Source: a virus
Lineage: Duplodnaviria; Caudoviricetes
Strand: one strand, 5' to 3'
IMG/VR virus record: IMGVR_UViG_3300017971_000058
Span: 1 to 55,863 of that record
Length of the DNA stretch: 55,863 nt
A program made the position numbers and the translations under genes. The notes under the pieces were generated by a model. The model searched no databases. It had not been told where the DNA came from and worked only from the letters and a program-made list of their open reading frames with translations. Shown here one piece after another: positions 53,779 to 55,863 of this stretch (position 1 is the stretch's first letter; the number at the start of each line of letters is the position of its first letter).

Positions 53779-54213
53779 CTACTGTTGGTACAACTGGGCC
53801 ACGAATCGGTACGTGACTTGTGTACCGTTCGACGCCCCGCCACGAGGCGGGTGTTCGTATGACGCATCCTCCAACAGGATGTGAACCGCATGGTCACGAT
53901 CGTCGGAGGGGTCTTGTGCGAGGAAGAGCGGGTTCTCCAGGAGCGACTTCTCGAAGCGTTCGAGAGTGACCTCGGTGTCGAAGCGGATGATGAGGAGCCA
54001 CGCCCAGCCTTGACGCTCCTGGCGGAACTCCCGACCATACTCGGTGTCGATGCCGAAGGCGCCACGGACCTCGTTGGTCTCCGCGGACTTCACGGCCTGT
54101 GCCGTGCCCTCGGATAGCAGACTTGGCCGCTCCTTGGAGTAGATGGCCTCCGGGAACGTGCCCGCGTAAGCGGTTTGCACCAGGACGTTGTGGATGGCCT
54201 CCTTGTACCCCAT
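53779..54213 (-). CDS. Putative tail terminator
   Basis: Size and position directly upstream of the tube gene. Confidence 0.5.
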   Translation of the reverse strand: MGYKEAIHNVLVQTAYAGTFPEAIYSKERPSLLSEGTAQAVKSAETNEVRGAFGIDTEYGREFRQERQGWAWLLIIRFDTEVTLERFEKSLLENPLFLAQDPSDDRDHAVHILLEDASYEHPPRGGASNGTQVTYRFVAQLYQQ

Positions 54214-54215
54214 GA

Positions 54216-54776
54216 CTAGTCCTCGCGCGGCGGATTGACTCCGCGGCTGCCCTTGAGGCTCATGCCGACGCGCGGCGTGTTCTCGGGGAAGGAGGTCTGC
54301 TCGTCAGGCGTGCCGTCGAACGTCTGCACCTGGTCGCCCTGAGTGTCGTTCGGCGCTGCCAGCTTCATCATCGCATCGGCGATCTCGTTCTCGATGCGCT
54401 TGATCTCCTCGTCCAGCTCGAAGGCCCCCCGCTCGCGCACGGGCGCCTCCTCTTGCCAGCGGTGGTTCACGTCGCCGGAGGCGTCCATGAACGCGTTGGG
54501 CAGGAGGCGCAGCAGCTCGCGGTAGACCAGCTTCACCTCGGTGGTGAAGGCCAAGGCCCGGAGGATCCCTTCGTCGGTCGTGGGGGTCTCCGAGAAGGAA
54601 ATCGCAGCGAGCTCGTTCGCCCTGTCCGCACCCAAGTCCGTGTAGAAGCGGACTCGAGCCCGTAGGATCGCCTCGTCGATGATCGCCTCCGTGTCCAGGG
54701 CGGTAGCCGGGACGGCGCTCAATCGCAGGCGCTCCTTGAGGGTCGGCTCGTCAGTCACGAACAAGGGTGCGGCCAT
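54216..54776 (-). CDS. Putative head-tail adaptor
   Basis: LKERLRL...AIIDEAI helical N-terminus; downstream of capsid. Confidence 0.5.
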   Translation of the reverse strand: MAAPLFVTDEPTLKERLRLSAVPATALDTEAIIDEAILRARVRFYTDLGADRANELAAISFSETPTTDEGILRALAFTTEVKLVYRELLRLLPNAFMDASGDVNHRWQEEAPVRERGAFELDEEIKRIENEIADAMMKLAAPNDTQGDQVQTFDGTPDEQTSFPENTPRVGMSLKGSRGVNPPRED

Positions 54777-54782
54777 GTCGGG

Positions 54783-55355
54783 TTACTCCTCTTCCTTGGG
54801 CGCTTGCGCGCGTTCCTTGGCGCTGGCGAGGTTCGCCTGGGCTTCGGCCGACAGGGCGGTGGTGTCGGTCTTCACGGCCCTGTTGCCGTCCTCGTCCTGC
54901 TCCAGCTTGTGCAGCGCGAGGTTCTCGGGACGCGAACGGTCGTTGACCGGCGCGACGGTCTGCATGTACTTCGGATCCCAGCCCGAAGTCAGCAGGCGCA
55001 CGGCGTCTTGCTCGGTCTCGATGGCGCTGAGGTCGTACTCATCGTCGATCTCGTAGATCATCATGAGCAGCTCGTCGATCGTCTTGCCCAACAGCGTGGA
55101 GGGGTCGCATCGGAAGGGGTTGGCGTTGCGGATTCGCTCCTGCTCCTCGGCTTCGGCGACGGGTGCTCCGGCCTCTTCGATGCGGCCTTCGGCGAGCCAG
55201 CTCAAGATGTCGGCCTGAGTGAAGACGCCGGGCGGCAGCAGTTCTCCCTGCACCACCATGTCGGCGCGTCGCAGGACGAACGTCCCTTCCTTCTTGGCAT
55301 TCCTCGGCATGCGCACGGCGCCTTGGATCACTCGGTAGGTTTTCTCTTCGCTCAC
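54783..55355 (-). CDS. Hypothetical protein following capsid
   Basis: GTG start with AGGAGG RBS. Confidence 0.7.
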   Translation of the reverse strand: MSEEKTYRVIQGAVRMPRNAKKEGTFVLRRADMVVQGELLPPGVFTQADILSWLAEGRIEEAGAPVAEAEEQERIRNANPFRCDPSTLLGKTIDELLMMIYEIDDEYDLSAIETEQDAVRLLTSGWDPKYMQTVAPVNDRSRPENLALHKLEQDEDGNRAVKTDTTALSAEAQANLASAKERAQAPKEEE

Positions 55356-55419
55356 GGTTTGCCTCCTGTCGTATTCGGCTCTGGTGCCGAATTGTGTTCA
55401 TGTTCGGCTGTCAGGGCGA

Positions 55420-55456
55420 ATCAGGGGCCGGGCCAGCCTTGCACCCGGCCCCTGAT
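55420..55456 (-). terminator. Hairpin after the capsid gene
   Basis: 13-bp arms ATCAGGGGCCGGG / CCCGGCCCCTGAT. Confidence 0.6.
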
Positions 55457-55473
55457 GTGTCAGTCCGCTCGGA

Positions 55474-55863
55474 CTAGGCGAGCACCTGGACCGAGACCGT
55501 CGCGTTGGGGCGACGGGGAACCGGCATCGGGTTCGACTCGATCAGCAGCATGCGGCAGCTCGGGTCCTCGACCTCCCAGCTCTTCGAGAAGCGCTTGGAC
55601 TGGAGCACCTTGCCCGCGCCGATCGCCTTCATGTCCTCGATCGCGCCGTAGTACGTGACGAACTGCGCGGCCGGAGTGCGGGCCACGAACTCGGCGTACT
55701 TCGGACGGATGAGGTCGGTGCTGGTGCCGTTCACGTCCACCGTGCGGCCGTAGCGCCACACGCGGATGCCGTGGACGAACGTGCCCAGGAACAGGGCGCC
55801 GGACTCGGCGATCTGCTGGGTGAGGTCCACGGTGCCGGTCGCCATGCGCCGGATGTCGAGCAG
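55474..55863 (-). CDS. Major capsid protein, C-terminal part
   Basis: ...YYGAIED...SKSWEVEDPSCRMLLIESNPMPVP, a typical gpE-family C-terminus. In frame with 1-795. Confidence 0.88.
   Translation of the reverse strand: MLDIRRMATGTVDLTQQIAESGALFLGTFVHGIRVWRYGRTVDVNGTSTDLIRPKYAEFVARTPAAQFVTYYGAIEDMKAIGAGKVLQSKRFSKSWEVEDPSCRMLLIESNPMPVPRRPNATVSVQVLA
55741..55863 (+). repeat. Direct terminal repeat, right copy
   Basis: Identical to 1-123. Confidence 0.97.

Overview
This window is an essentially complete, GC-rich tailed-phage genome, probably siphovirus-like, of about 55,740 bp. The last 123 bp repeat the first 123 bp, so the assembly is circular and is cut inside the major capsid gene. Modules: (i) head genes on the - strand (XkdF-type protease/scaffold, decoration protein, lambda gpE-like capsid), continuing across the junction into head-tail, tail tube, chaperone, tape measure and GTA-like tail-tip genes (39.5-55.8 kb); (ii) a portal gene transcribed divergently from the head operon; (iii) a long - strand early/replication arm (5-30.5 kb) with RuvC, metallophosphoesterase, PolA, SF2 helicase, PD-(D/E)XK nuclease, primase-helicase, HD hydrolase, DEDDh exonuclease, C5 DNA methyltransferase, an outer-membrane beta-barrel, a GGDEF protein and a stand-alone Fis/HTH_8 protein; (iv) a + strand operon (31.7-39.3 kb) with a collagen-like fibre, SPFH protein, lipoprotein and terminase. 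No integrase, repressor or clear endolysin was recognised. The most striking signal is in the 1.2-kb non-coding control region: ten tandem near-consensus sigma-54 (-24/-12) elements, TGGCAC-N5-TTGCT, mostly spaced 26-27 bp apart, just upstream of a normal sigma-70-type promoter. Together with the enhancer-binding-protein-like HTH and the diguanylate cyclase, this suggests an inferred phage system for decoying or hijacking host RpoN and lifestyle signalling. Also notable are a catalytically degenerate duplicate of the terminase ATPase domain and a structured tRNA-like intergenic element. All family assignments come from motif recognition by eye, not database searches.
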